NCBI RefSeq assembly: GCF_000017845.1
Contig: NC_010546.1
Coordinates: forward strand, 2,970,001-3,002,000
Reading direction: 5' to 3'
Origin: Crocosphaera subtropica ATCC 51142
GTDB lineage: Bacteria > Cyanobacteriota > Cyanobacteriia > Cyanobacteriales > Microcystaceae
DNA: 32,000 nucleotides
Under the pieces are notes generated by a model, which was not told where the DNA came from, did not search any database, and worked only from the letters and a program-made list of their open reading frames with translations. Of this stretch, positions 1-8,812 are shown in pieces; within the stretch, counting starts at the first letter, position 1, and each line of letters starts with the position of its first letter. The position numbers were made by a program, and so were the translations under genes.

Positions 1-1086
1 TTCACTAATACGATCATTGGTAAGATTGATCGCTTCTGCTAAGTCTTGCAACCCTTGTTGACTATTGCGAGTCTCCCTAAATAGGGGAAGTTGAGGAATT
101 TTCTCGACTAAAGTATCAATGGCTAACTGCGAAGCCACTTCTCCTGCGTCTTGTCCCCCAACGCCGTCGCAGACAATGGTAAAATTGGTTTGGTTAGGAG
201 AGGGTTCTTGTGGTTCCCCAGGGTCAGGATAACAAGCATCTTCGTTATGATGACGGCTTGGTCCAGAGTCAGTTAAGGTAAAAATTTGATATTTTTTGTC
301 ATACCACTGTCCACAACGAGTTAAAGCGGAATCAAAATAGGTTAACAAATAGTCAGGATGGGGAATTTTGCCCCGTTGTAGATAATGACAGAGGGACTGA
401 AGATAATCGGCAATGAGAGGTGAAGTTCCTTCTATTAAAGATAACCAGAGTTGACCTAACTCTTTGACACTGTGGAAATTATGTTCATCTGGGTGAAAAT
501 CTAATAACTGAATCATCCCTGCATTGACTCGGACTAAGGAGAGATCAAGTAAACTTGATACCATCTGCTGTCCTTCTAGGGGTTGCCACAGTTTAACAAT
601 TTGCCATAACCAGTTTAATTGACGTAAGGGATTATGCTTGGTTTGAGGCCATATTTCCGTTAACGGGGGAAGCAATTCAGGATACAGAGGTTCTCCTGAC
701 TCATTCAGGGGAATAGTTCCATATTCGAGTAAACCAATTTCACTCCCTTGATTTTCTGCTTCAGAGAGATTGTAATAAGTATAAATCTGGGGTAAATGCA
801 GACGATAAGGAAATAATCTTAAATATTTTCTAATTTTTTCGGGAATATCTTCACTAAACTCTGGGGGAATGCCGGGTTTGGTATCTAAGACAACCTGATG
901 AGTGATTAGTAAGTAGCGTTCATCAATGACCTGTCCTACCTCGAATGATTCTACCCAGTTCCCTAAAGGTCGTAGATACCGCTTGAGTAAAGGAGTTGTG
1001 CATTTCTCGCATACTGAGTTCTCTGAGGAGTTAAGGGTTTGGCATTCAGGGTTAGAACATTGAATGGTTGCCATAGGTTCTGTCAT
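1..1086 (-). CDS. PP2C-family Ser/Thr protein phosphatase with N-terminal 4-Cys (zinc-ribbon-like) prefix; N-terminal 362 codons only, C-terminus lies beyond the window start
   Basis: I translated the minus strand by hand from the ATG at 1086 (a second in-frame ATG is at 1074). The frame stays open to position 1. It reads MTEPMATIQCSNPECQTLNSSENSVCEKCTTPLLKRYLRPLG ... FTLTDSGPSRHHNEDACY ... TIVCDGVGGQDAGEVASQLA. The R-x-x-NED and DGxGG motifs are typical of PP2C. It is absent from the ORF track because it runs off the edge. Confidence 0.8.
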   Translation of the reverse strand, partial: MTEPMATIQCSNPECQTLNSSENSVCEKCTTPLLKRYLRPLGNWVESFEVGQVIDERYLLITHQVVLDTKPGIPPEFSEDIPEKIRKYLRLFPYRLHLPQIYTYYNLSEAENQGSEIGLLEYGTIPLNESGEPLYPELLPPLTEIWPQTKHNPLRQLNWLWQIVKLWQPLEGQQMVSSLLDLSLVRVNAGMIQLLDFHPDEHNFHSVKELGQLWLSLIEGTSPLIADYLQSLCHYLQRGKIPHPDYLLTYFDSALTRCGQWYDKKYQIFTLTDSGPSRHHNEDACYPDPGEPQEPSPNQTNFTIVCDGVGGQDAGEVASQLAIDTLVEKIPQLPLFRETRNSQQGLQDLAEAINLTNDRISE

Positions 1087-1211
1087 GACAGCAATTGTGG
1101 GGACAGTTTGACGAATTATCCCGATAACATAAGCTATTATAACGTTTCTCTCCCCAGGGTATAAATGGTATTTTTGAGGCTATTTAAGCATCAAACTTGA
1201 TTGAGAAAAGA

Positions 1212-1805
1212 CTAAACCTTAATAGAGCTTGGCTGATCCACTGCTGCAATGATACGATGACAACCAGAGTCAGGTTTAGCCCATTGATATTGATAGTCTT
1301 GGGGATTGCCCCAACATAGTCCTAGGTATAATTCTGTTCTGGCTGCATCAATTTCAGCCCATTCTACTTCGTGAATAAACTCTTCAATGGAATCAGAAGA
1401 AATAGGACGACGACGATGAGCCGATAACCAAAATTTCATACCTTTAGTCATTTTCCACCAAAAATTTATCACAGATTCTTTATGTTTCATTAATATTTCT
1501 TTATCCCCTGGGACAGCAATGAGTTGATTATGCAATTCAGGGTATTTAATTGATCGGCCTTGATAGGTACAGGTACGCCAAATAATTCCAGAAACCCTGT
1601 GTTGTATTTGATATTTATGAATTTGACGACGAAAATCTTGATAAGCAAACACTTGGTTCATTTTATCAGTATTGAGTGCTTTGGCAATTACGGGATTATT
1701 AATGCGATCGTCACAAGATAAGATAACCCTTTCTCCCCTCCAGGTCGCTTTTAATTCTTGATCAAGAATATTAATAAGTTGTTGTGTTGTATAGATCATG
1801 GCCAA
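1212..1805 (-). CDS. hypothetical protein (197 aa, soluble, no family recognised)
   Basis: Long ORF from the track, in the same orientation as the upstream PP2C gene, with normal AT-rich host-like codon usage. I do not recognise diagnostic motifs. Confidence 0.55.
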   Translation of the reverse strand: MAMIYTTQQLINILDQELKATWRGERVILSCDDRINNPVIAKALNTDKMNQVFAYQDFRRQIHKYQIQHRVSGIIWRTCTYQGRSIKYPELHNQLIAVPGDKEILMKHKESVINFWWKMTKGMKFWLSAHRRRPISSDSIEEFIHEVEWAEIDAARTELYLGLCWGNPQDYQYQWAKPDSGCHRIIAAVDQPSSIKV

Positions 1806-1975
1806 ATCAGCAATATGGTTTTGATGCTTGTTTCTTTATCCTGTCCCTAGTGTATATAGAAATTTGAAAATTGTTCATATTTTTAAGAAATGAATCATAA
1901 CTAACAGTTCCTTTGAGAATCATCCCCTATGATGGTGTAAATAGCTACAAATTATTATGATTATTTTAATTATTT

Positions 1976-2974
1976 ATGGAAACTGGACAAATTCGTCTTA
2001 ACAAAGTCACAGGAGAATGGGTGATTTATGCTCCCAGTCGTCGCAGAAGACCTCAAGATTTTCAACACAATATTGAAGATAACTCTAGACTTGACCAGTC
2101 TCAAAACTATTGTCCGTTTTGTTCAAATCATGGCCAAGAATCCGAAAAAATTCTCTTAGAAATTAAAAATAATCAACAAGATCATTGGCAAACTAAGGTA
2201 ATAGCCAATAAATTTCCTGCTTTAAAGTTTCATGAAAATGCTCAACGGAATATTGAGGGAATTTATATGACGATGTCAGGATATGGTCATCATGAGGTTG
2301 TTATCGAAAGTCCTGACCATCAACAAACCATAGCTACCCTCTCCACATCAGAAATCGAAGTTATTATTGAAACCTATCGTCAACGGTATTTAAAATTAAT
2401 GGAAGATAAGGAAATAATGATGGTTATTATCTTTCGCAATCATGGCAAAGGTGCAGGGGCATCCTTACGACATCCTCAATCTCAAATCATTGCTAGTAGC
2501 ATTGTCCCTAGTCATCGTCGTATTCAAGAAGCAGAAGCACAACGTTACTTTGATCATTGGGCGAGATGTGTTTATTGTGATATTTTAGACTTTGAAATCA
2601 AGGAAAAAAGCCGAATAATTTTAGATAATCATTTATTTGTTTCTTTTGTTCCTTTTGCTGCGGAATTTCCTTGTGAAATTTGGATTATGCCAAAACAGCA
2701 TCAAGCAGATTTCGGTAGTATCACTTCCCAAGAGAAAAGGGCTTTTGCAACAATTTTAAAAGATAGTTTAAGTCGTTTATATAATAAGTTAAATAACCCT
2801 GATTACAATTATGTAATTAATACTGCTGCCCGTTATAAAGCAGAAGAACCTCAGTTACATTGGTACTGTCAAATTAGACCCCGTTTAACGACACCAGCAG
2901 GGTTTGAATTAGGTTCGGGAATGAGTATTAATCCTTCTATTCCTGAAGTGGATGCAGCGTTTTTACGAGAGTAA
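1976..2974 (+). CDS. galactose-1-phosphate uridylyltransferase-like / nucleotidyl-sugar phosphorylase-like HIT-superfamily protein (active-site motif variant HPQSQ)
   Basis: It has the YCPFCSNH zinc knuckle and GYGHHEVVIESPDH. FRNHGKGAGASLRHPQSQIIA aligns by eye to E. coli GalT [21 protein letters not shown]. A second half-domain carries IWIMPKQH and QLHWYCQIRPR. Confidence 0.8.
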   Translation: METGQIRLNKVTGEWVIYAPSRRRRPQDFQHNIEDNSRLDQSQNYCPFCSNHGQESEKILLEIKNNQQDHWQTKVIANKFPALKFHENAQRNIEGIYMTMSGYGHHEVVIESPDHQQTIATLSTSEIEVIIETYRQRYLKLMEDKEIMMVIIFRNHGKGAGASLRHPQSQIIASSIVPSHRRIQEAEAQRYFDHWARCVYCDILDFEIKEKSRIILDNHLFVSFVPFAAEFPCEIWIMPKQHQADFGSITSQEKRAFATILKDSLSRLYNKLNNPDYNYVINTAARYKAEEPQLHWYCQIRPRLTTPAGFELGSGMSINPSIPEVDAAFLRE

Positions 2975-3161
2975 GCTCTATCCCCTTATTACTCTTAGGA
3001 AAATCATTGAAAAATGATTATCACAATCATTGAAAAGGTTACAATTGAACAGCCTTAAAAGACTTTTTTAACTATTATTAATCCTAGGATGAATAAAAAT
3101 GTGATACAATAAAAGTAGTTTCATTAAAATAGTTTACTGAATTATCTATAAGGTTAAATTA

Positions 3162-3527
3162 ATGTTTGATCCTCTCTCTCTTGGAGAATTTTCTCGTAAT
3201 AATTGTGTTACTATTTGTACGTTTTTAGTTCCTGCAAATGTATTAGGAACATTACTTAGTTTGATTTTTATAGTTGTTAAATCTTCTTGCCGCAAGTTAT
3301 TAACGTCTGTCACAGTAGCCACCCTCTTAGCCATTATTTTATGCCTTCATGTGGCTAGTTGGTGGATAATAGGGGTGATTCAAACACCTACCTTTATTTT
3401 ATTAGCTCTGGCAACGGTTTGTATTAGCTTAAATATTTGGGTGATCATTCAATCTCGACAAGAAGAACCTTGGTTAGAAAAAATTGTCAGAAATAGGATA
3501 CAAGCTAGATTTTTATCAACTCATTAA
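3162..3527 (+). CDS. hypothetical small membrane protein (about 3 predicted TM helices)
   Basis: 121-aa ORF with three long hydrophobic stretches (VTICTFLVPANVLGTLLSLIFIVV, VTVATLLAIILCLHVASWWIIGV, FILLALATVCISLNIWVII). No family recognised, and the start codon is uncertain. Confidence 0.45.
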   Translation: MFDPLSLGEFSRNNCVTICTFLVPANVLGTLLSLIFIVVKSSCRKLLTSVTVATLLAIILCLHVASWWIIGVIQTPTFILLALATVCISLNIWVIIQSRQEEPWLEKIVRNRIQARFLSTH

Positions 3528-3609
3528 GGTAAAATAGGAAAATGATTGCCCTGAATGGACATATTTTCTAATAAAATAGAAGGTCTATCATCCGAGTTAA
3601 AATAATAGA

Positions 3610-5628
3610 ATGGCTCAACCTCGTTTTCAATTTAATCGTCAACTGGTTTCTCACTTTATTGAAACAGCACAACCTTATTTTTTTCCTCCCCGCAATGAGG
3701 ATGACAGACAACAAGATAATAATACAACACCTACAAGAGCAAAATATATCACTAAAAATACATGGATATTTTTAGGACTGTTAGGGGTTTTAGTCTTAAC
3801 TGTTGTTAGTTTAGCTTTTTTCGTAACGGTTGGACTCACTTTATTAACTAATACCGTTTTTCCTGATTTTTTTGGGAAAGTTGCCGGGGGACTGGTAAAG
3901 AGTATTAACGGTTTTATACAATCAAATATTCCCTATATTGCTTTAGGAATTATTGTTATTAGTGGGTTTATTTTTGCCTCACAAAAAGGAAAAATAGGCA
4001 ATCGATGGAAACAATGGTCATTATTAGGATTACTCCTATTTCTGTTATTAGTTGTTAACGGCTTGAATGTCATTCTTAGTTATGCTTTTCGTTTTATTGA
4101 TACGGCTTTAAATGAAAGAAATGCAGACACTTTTTGGCAGTTTATGATTGTCTATGGTTTAGTGTTAGTGGCTGCTATTCCGATTATTGTTATTTACCGT
4201 TATACAAGATTAAAGCTAGGATTAATGTGGCGAGAATGGCTAACCAAACATTTTCTAGGGAAATATTTTAATAATCGTGCTTACTATGAATTAGATTCTA
4301 ATGCCATTAATACAGAAGTTGATAACCCCGATCAACGAATCACTCAAGATATTAAATCCTTTACCACTGTTACCCTTGATTTTTTATTAGATATTCTTGA
4401 CTCAATTTTAACCCTATTCTCCTTTTCAGCTATCTTATATACGATTTCTAAAGAACTCACTTGGGGACTCTTAATTTATGCCATTTTTGGAACTGCGGTT
4501 GCCTTAATTGTGGGAAGTCGTTTAGTTAGTATTAACTATAATCAATTAAGATTAGAAGCCAATTTTCGCTACAGTATGGTAAGGGTAAGGGATAATGCAG
4601 AATCCATTGCTTTTTATCGGGGAGAGTCCCTAGAAAGAGGACAAGTTATTGATAGATTAATGTCAGCAATTAGAAACTTTGATTTATTGATTATTTGGCA
4701 ATCTATTATTACTTTATTTCAATTAGGATACAATTATTTTACTCGTTTAATTCCCTATATTATTATTGCTCCTTTGTACTTACAAGGAGAATTAGACTTT
4801 GGTGCGATCGCTCAAGCGAGTGTGGCTTTTTCTCAAGTGTTAAGCGCACTTTCTTTAATTACTAATCAGATTCAAGGTATCACAGAATTTGCTGCGAGTA
4901 TCAACCGTTTAGGAGAATTTTATGAATCCTTAGATCCCAAAGAATTTAAAAAAGAAAAGGAACAAACCAGTTTTATTTATACCCACAAATCTCCTGATGT
5001 TGCTCTAGAAAATGTTACTCTACATCCCCCTAATTCTGAGAGAACTTTAATCGAAAATGTTTCCTTAAATGTTAGTAATCATAACAATTTACTGATTATG
5101 GGAGCGAGTGGAACTGGCAAAAGTTCCTTATTAAGAGCGATCGCCGGACTATGGAATTCAGGAGATGGAATTATTTATCGTCCTGATGCTGAAGCTATAT
5201 TATTTTTACCCCAAAAACCTTACATGATTTTAGGAACATTAAGAGAACAATTACTGTATCCTAATACGGAAAAATATATGACAGATGAAAAATTAAAGAA
5301 AATATTAGAAATGGTCAATTTACCGAATTTAGCCGATAGATTTGATTTTGAAGCCCAAGAAAATTGGGAAAACGTTTTATCATTAGGAGAACAACAAAGG
5401 GTTGCCTTTGCCAGAATTTTAATTACTCAACCTCGTTATGCTATTTTAGATGAAGCTACCAGTGCTTTAGATGTGAAAAATGAAGAAAGACTCTATCAAG
5501 AATTATCCCACATGGGAACCACTTATATTAGTGTGGGACATCGACCAACTTTAAGGCAATACCATCAACAACTATTAGAAATATTTGACGGGGGACATTG
5601 GGAACTAACGGAACTTTCCAAAAATTGA
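3610..5628 (+). CDS. ABC transporter fused permease/ATP-binding protein, ABCD/SbmA-BacA-like (ABC_membrane_2 type) half-transporter
   Basis: The N-terminal half has multiple TM helices plus NPDQRITQDI and FRYSMVRVRDNAESIAFYRGE, which are typical of ABCD-type TMDs. The C-terminal NBD has Walker A GASGTGKS, signature LSLGEQQR and Walker B AILDEATSALD. Confidence 0.9.
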   Translation: MAQPRFQFNRQLVSHFIETAQPYFFPPRNEDDRQQDNNTTPTRAKYITKNTWIFLGLLGVLVLTVVSLAFFVTVGLTLLTNTVFPDFFGKVAGGLVKSINGFIQSNIPYIALGIIVISGFIFASQKGKIGNRWKQWSLLGLLLFLLLVVNGLNVILSYAFRFIDTALNERNADTFWQFMIVYGLVLVAAIPIIVIYRYTRLKLGLMWREWLTKHFLGKYFNNRAYYELDSNAINTEVDNPDQRITQDIKSFTTVTLDFLLDILDSILTLFSFSAILYTISKELTWGLLIYAIFGTAVALIVGSRLVSINYNQLRLEANFRYSMVRVRDNAESIAFYRGESLERGQVIDRLMSAIRNFDLLIIWQSIITLFQLGYNYFTRLIPYIIIAPLYLQGELDFGAIAQASVAFSQVLSALSLITNQIQGITEFAASINRLGEFYESLDPKEFKKEKEQTSFIYTHKSPDVALENVTLHPPNSERTLIENVSLNVSNHNNLLIMGASGTGKSSLLRAIAGLWNSGDGIIYRPDAEAILFLPQKPYMILGTLREQLLYPNTEKYMTDEKLKKILEMVNLPNLADRFDFEAQENWENVLSLGEQQRVAFARILITQPRYAILDEATSALDVKNEERLYQELSHMGTTYISVGHRPTLRQYHQQLLEIFDGGHWELTELSKN

Positions 5629-5635
5629 GAATTTT

Positions 5636-6250
5636 ATGTATCTAGAAACCATTTCTATTAAACCAAAAAACACGGAACCTAAACATCTTTTAATTATGTT
5701 ACATGGGTGGGGGGCTAATGCCGAAGACTTAGCCCCTCTTGCTTCAATGTTAACCCTTCGGGACTATCAATTATTATTTCCTAATGCCCCTTTTTCCCAT
5801 CCACAAGTTCCTGGGGGACTCGCTTGGTATGCTTTAGAAACGGGAGAATATGAAGGGATAGAAGAAAGCCGTCAATTATTAAAAGATTGGTTACTTTCTT
5901 TAGAAGAGAATATGGGGATTCCCCTATCTCGTACTATTTTAAGTGGTTTTTCTCAAGGGGGAGCAATGTCCCTTGACGTGGGAATTAATTTACCCTTAGC
6001 TGGTATTTGTAGCTTAAGTGGTTATTTACAGTTTCAACCACAAAAATTGCCCAACTCTATTCCTCCTATTTTGATTATTCATGGTCAACAAGATAGGGTA
6101 GTTCCTGTGGAAATGGCGCAAACAGCTAGGGATAAATTAACAGCAATTGATGCTAAAGTGAAGTATCATGAGTTTCCTATGGGTCACGAAATTACAGCAG
6201 ATATTTTGCCTATTTTAGAAGAATTTGTTAAGGCTAATAGTAAACAATAA
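5636..6250 (+). CDS. alpha/beta hydrolase, phospholipase/carboxylesterase (acyl-protein-thioesterase-like) family
   Basis: It has LIMLHGWGAN, the nucleophile elbow GFSQGG, IIHGQQDRVVP (Asp) and PMGHEI (His). The start is only 7 nt after the ABC gene stop. Confidence 0.8.
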   Translation: MYLETISIKPKNTEPKHLLIMLHGWGANAEDLAPLASMLTLRDYQLLFPNAPFSHPQVPGGLAWYALETGEYEGIEESRQLLKDWLLSLEENMGIPLSRTILSGFSQGGAMSLDVGINLPLAGICSLSGYLQFQPQKLPNSIPPILIIHGQQDRVVPVEMAQTARDKLTAIDAKVKYHEFPMGHEITADILPILEEFVKANSKQ

Positions 6251-6326
6251 TTATCAGTGTTTGTAACTCATTGAAGTTACGGTAAAATAAACTTAAACTG
6301 GGTATATTTAAGGATTAAATAGATAA

Positions 6327-7154
6327 ATGACAGTCGAAACCTCTATCCCCGTCGTTGTAAATGGTGCTGCTGGTAAAATGGGTCGTGAAGTGATCAAAGC
6401 AGTGTCCCAAGCAGAAGATATGATGTTAGTGGGAGCCGTAGATAAAAACCCTAACTACCGTGGCCAAGATGTGGGGGAAGTGGCCGGATGTGGTGCGTTA
6501 GAAGTACCTATTTTAGATGACTTAGAAAGTATTTTAGTGGTGGCTACCCAAGAACAGGTACAGGGGGTGATGGTCGATTTTACTCACCCTGACGGTGTGT
6601 ACGATAACGTAAGAAGTGCCATTGCTTACGGGGTGCGTCCAGTGGTGGGAACAACGGGACTAAGCGATAAACAGTTACAAGATTTAGCTGAGTTTGCTGA
6701 TAAAGCGAGTACCGGCTGTTTAATCATTCCTAATTTTTCCATCGGAATGGTATTACTCCAACAAGCTGCTATTCAAGCATCCCAATATTTTGATCACGTT
6801 GAAATTATCGAACTTCATCACAACCAAAAGGCAGATGCCCCCAGTGGAACAGCCATTAAAACGGCGCAAATGCTCTCTGGTTTAGGGAAAACCTATAATC
6901 CTCCGTCTGTTCAAGAAACAGAAACCATAGAAGGATCTAGAGGGGGCGTAGTAGCGGATAATATTCGGGTTCATAGTGTGCGCTTACCTGGATTAATTGC
7001 CCATCAAGAAGTTATTTTTGGCGCACAAGGGCAGATTTATACCTTACGCCATGATACCAGCGATCGCTCTTGTTATATGGCAGGGGTCTTACTTTCTATT
7101 CGGAAGGTGACTCAGCTAAAAAGTCTGGTTTATGGATTAGAAAAAATCCTTTAA
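6327..7154 (+). CDS. dapB: 4-hydroxy-tetrahydrodipicolinate reductase
   Basis: [13 protein letters not shown] is the NAD(P) fold. [16 protein letters not shown] is the signature DapB motif. Length (275 aa) is full. Confidence 0.95.
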   Translation: MTVETSIPVVVNGAAGKMGREVIKAVSQAEDMMLVGAVDKNPNYRGQDVGEVAGCGALEVPILDDLESILVVATQEQVQGVMVDFTHPDGVYDNVRSAIAYGVRPVVGTTGLSDKQLQDLAEFADKASTGCLIIPNFSIGMVLLQQAAIQASQYFDHVEIIELHHNQKADAPSGTAIKTAQMLSGLGKTYNPPSVQETETIEGSRGGVVADNIRVHSVRLPGLIAHQEVIFGAQGQIYTLRHDTSDRSCYMAGVLLSIRKVTQLKSLVYGLEKIL

Positions 7155-7286
7155 ATATTGAGGTCTTTTCAAGCTAATCTAACAGTTAACTGCGAGATAC
7201 TATAAGCCAGAACACAAGTAACGGTAATATTTTATGAATTCATTAGTAGAGAACAAAAATATTGGTTTAAGGTTAATTCGCAATCG

Positions 7287-7470
7287 CTTGATGTTGTGAT
7301 CAAGGACTGCGGTTGCCCACCCCCACTCCACTGTTTCAGCGAAATCAGCCGAGAGCCTGTGTCCTGACGCACGATTAGCAGGACTGAGACTCTCGGATTG
7401 AATTCTTAAAGGTGGTGCGGTTCTCATAATGAGACTATTGACTGTGGACGACAGAGTTTTCTGCACCACT
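7287..7470. other. GC-rich multi-hairpin element of unknown function (candidate structured RNA or sbtB 3' UTR)
   Basis: Four consecutive stem-loops are readable directly. They are CTTGAT-N6-ATCAAG (7287-7304); nested CCGAGAG...GTCCTG-N12-CAGGAC...CTCTCGG (about 7359-7406); GTGGTGC...GCACCAC (about 7413-7469), which encloses TCTCA-TAA-TGAGA; and CTGT-N5-ACAG. Local GC is about 60% (36/60 at 7301-7360). The only ORF here (89 aa) is not protein-like. Confidence 0.35.
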
Positions 7471-7483
7471 AAGGGGTTTTAAG

Positions 7484-7849
<366 letters not shown>

Positions 7850-7850
7850 C

Positions 7851-7872
7851 TATGGTTTTGCTTTGAACCATA
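7851..7872. promoter_or_regulatory. palindromic motif copy 1 (TATGGTT-N8-AACCATA) in the sbtB upstream/5' leader region
   Basis: Perfect 7-bp arms, 50-70 nt upstream of the sbtB ATG. A near-identical copy lies at 8349-8368. Both are followed within about 15 nt by GTATAT. Confidence 0.3.
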
Positions 7873-8040
7873 CCTTTAAGTATATACCAAAGATTGAGTA
7901 AATCTACTACCCCCTGCGGAGAAAGATTGACTCAGATTAGTAGACTGATATCTTGCACCAGTACAGGAAAACTCAATAACCAAGGACAGAAAATCAATTC
8001 TTAAGGAGTTACCGTCAAAATAAAATCTATTCTCTGTCTT

Positions 8041-8083
8041 GAGTGTTTCTTTCATTTGCCGTACGACGGCAAATTAAACACTC
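8041..8083. other. very strong extended hairpin (8 + 9 bp) in the sbtB-sbtA spacer; function unknown
   Basis: GAGTGTTT-ctttc-ATTTGCCGT-acg-ACGGCAAAT-t-AAACACTC. Both arm pairs are perfect complements. No U-tract immediately follows on either strand. Confidence 0.4.
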
Positions 8084-8348
8084 GCTGTTCCCTCCCTAAA
8101 GGAGTTTCGTTTGAGCGAAGGTGCCAGATGTGAGTAGAAGCATCTTATCTCAATGTCGCCAAAATACCCTAAATTTCTCTACTCTGACCAGGATTCAATA
8201 TCATATTACAGAGGTGACACGAATCAAGTGCGATATAGTTAAGTTAGTTCAAATTATAAGTTTTGCTTATTAAAAGATTCGGGAAGTTTGAAGCGATACT
8301 TTACAAAAAATATTGCTTGTTAGCCAGGCATTGCATAAACTTTAAAAC

Positions 8349-8368
8349 ATGGTTTTTGCTTAAACCAT
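8349..8368. promoter_or_regulatory. palindromic motif copy 2 (ATGGTTT-N6-AAACCAT), paralogous to 7851-7872
   Basis: ATGGTTTTTGCTTAAACCAT compares with ATGGTTTTGCTTTGAACCAT in copy 1. The orientation is the same, and similar flanks (A-rich 5' side, GTATAT 3' side) are present. Confidence 0.3.
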
Positions 8369-8527
8369 AGTCGTATATCTATTAACCGAGTACAAGTAGC
8401 TCAAAGACACAACCACTTTTGAGAAGCTGCTACACATATCATATCGGTGAATTTTCGGCAGGTGATTCCGTCCGATACAGGCTGATTGCCTGTAAACGAT
8501 ATATACAATCAGTATGGAGCGACAATC

Positions 8528-8770
8528 ATGAATCAGTTTGAATCGAAGCAGTCACAGCCAAAATTAAATACAGATGAGGGCTGGATAGTACAAGTGTACG
8601 ATAGTAACCGCCGTTTGCTCTGTGTTCTAGAATCCTCCCATGCTTGGATCTTCTTGATCGGTTGCGGTGTTGGATTACTGCTTTCAGTCATTTGGATTAA
8701 CGCTGCTCGTTACAGTCCCCCATTAGAACCGACCTCAACCCAAGAATCAACCATATTACCAGTGGACTGA
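8528..8770 (+). CDS. hypothetical small single-pass membrane protein (80 aa from the ATG; the track ORF starts at an upstream TTG, 8486)
   Basis: The ATG at 8528 is preceded by GGAG. One clear TM segment is present (AWIFLIGCGVGLLLSVIWI). The ORF is followed by a canonical intrinsic terminator at 8813-8840. No family recognised. Confidence 0.45.
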   Translation: MNQFESKQSQPKLNTDEGWIVQVYDSNRRLLCVLESSHAWIFLIGCGVGLLLSVIWINAARYSPPLEPTSTQESTILPVD

Positions 8771-8812
8771 TCCGATCTAGTGACGTTCTTTTTCTTGAAC
8801 CATCTTGACACT

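Noticed and set aside
7200-7469. 89-aa ORF (minus strand) downstream of sbtB
   Set aside because: It starts at a non-ATG codon without an RBS. It lies entirely within the GC-rich hairpin cluster plus an AT-rich spacer. Its sequence (e.g. RTAPPLRIQSESLSPANRASGHRLSADFAETVEWGWATAV) has no protein-like pattern. The DNA is treated as a structured non-coding element instead.
7287-7470. Assignment of the hairpin cluster to a known RNA class (TPP, cobalamin, ydaO/c-di-AMP, ZTP riboswitches; SRP, 6S, tmRNA, RNase P; hammerhead)
   Set aside because: The conserved cores as I remember them are not present in register on either strand. These include CUGAGA...ACCUGAUCUGG, the B12 box, ACGGGGA/CCCA pseudo-symmetric halves, CUGANGA...GAAA and GGAAG SRP domain IV. 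The element is left unclassified.
8492-8506. NtcA-like site GTA-N-TAC upstream of the small membrane ORF
   Set aside because: The spacing is 9 nt (GTAaacgatataTAC), not the canonical GTA-N8-TAC. No properly spaced -10 box was evident.
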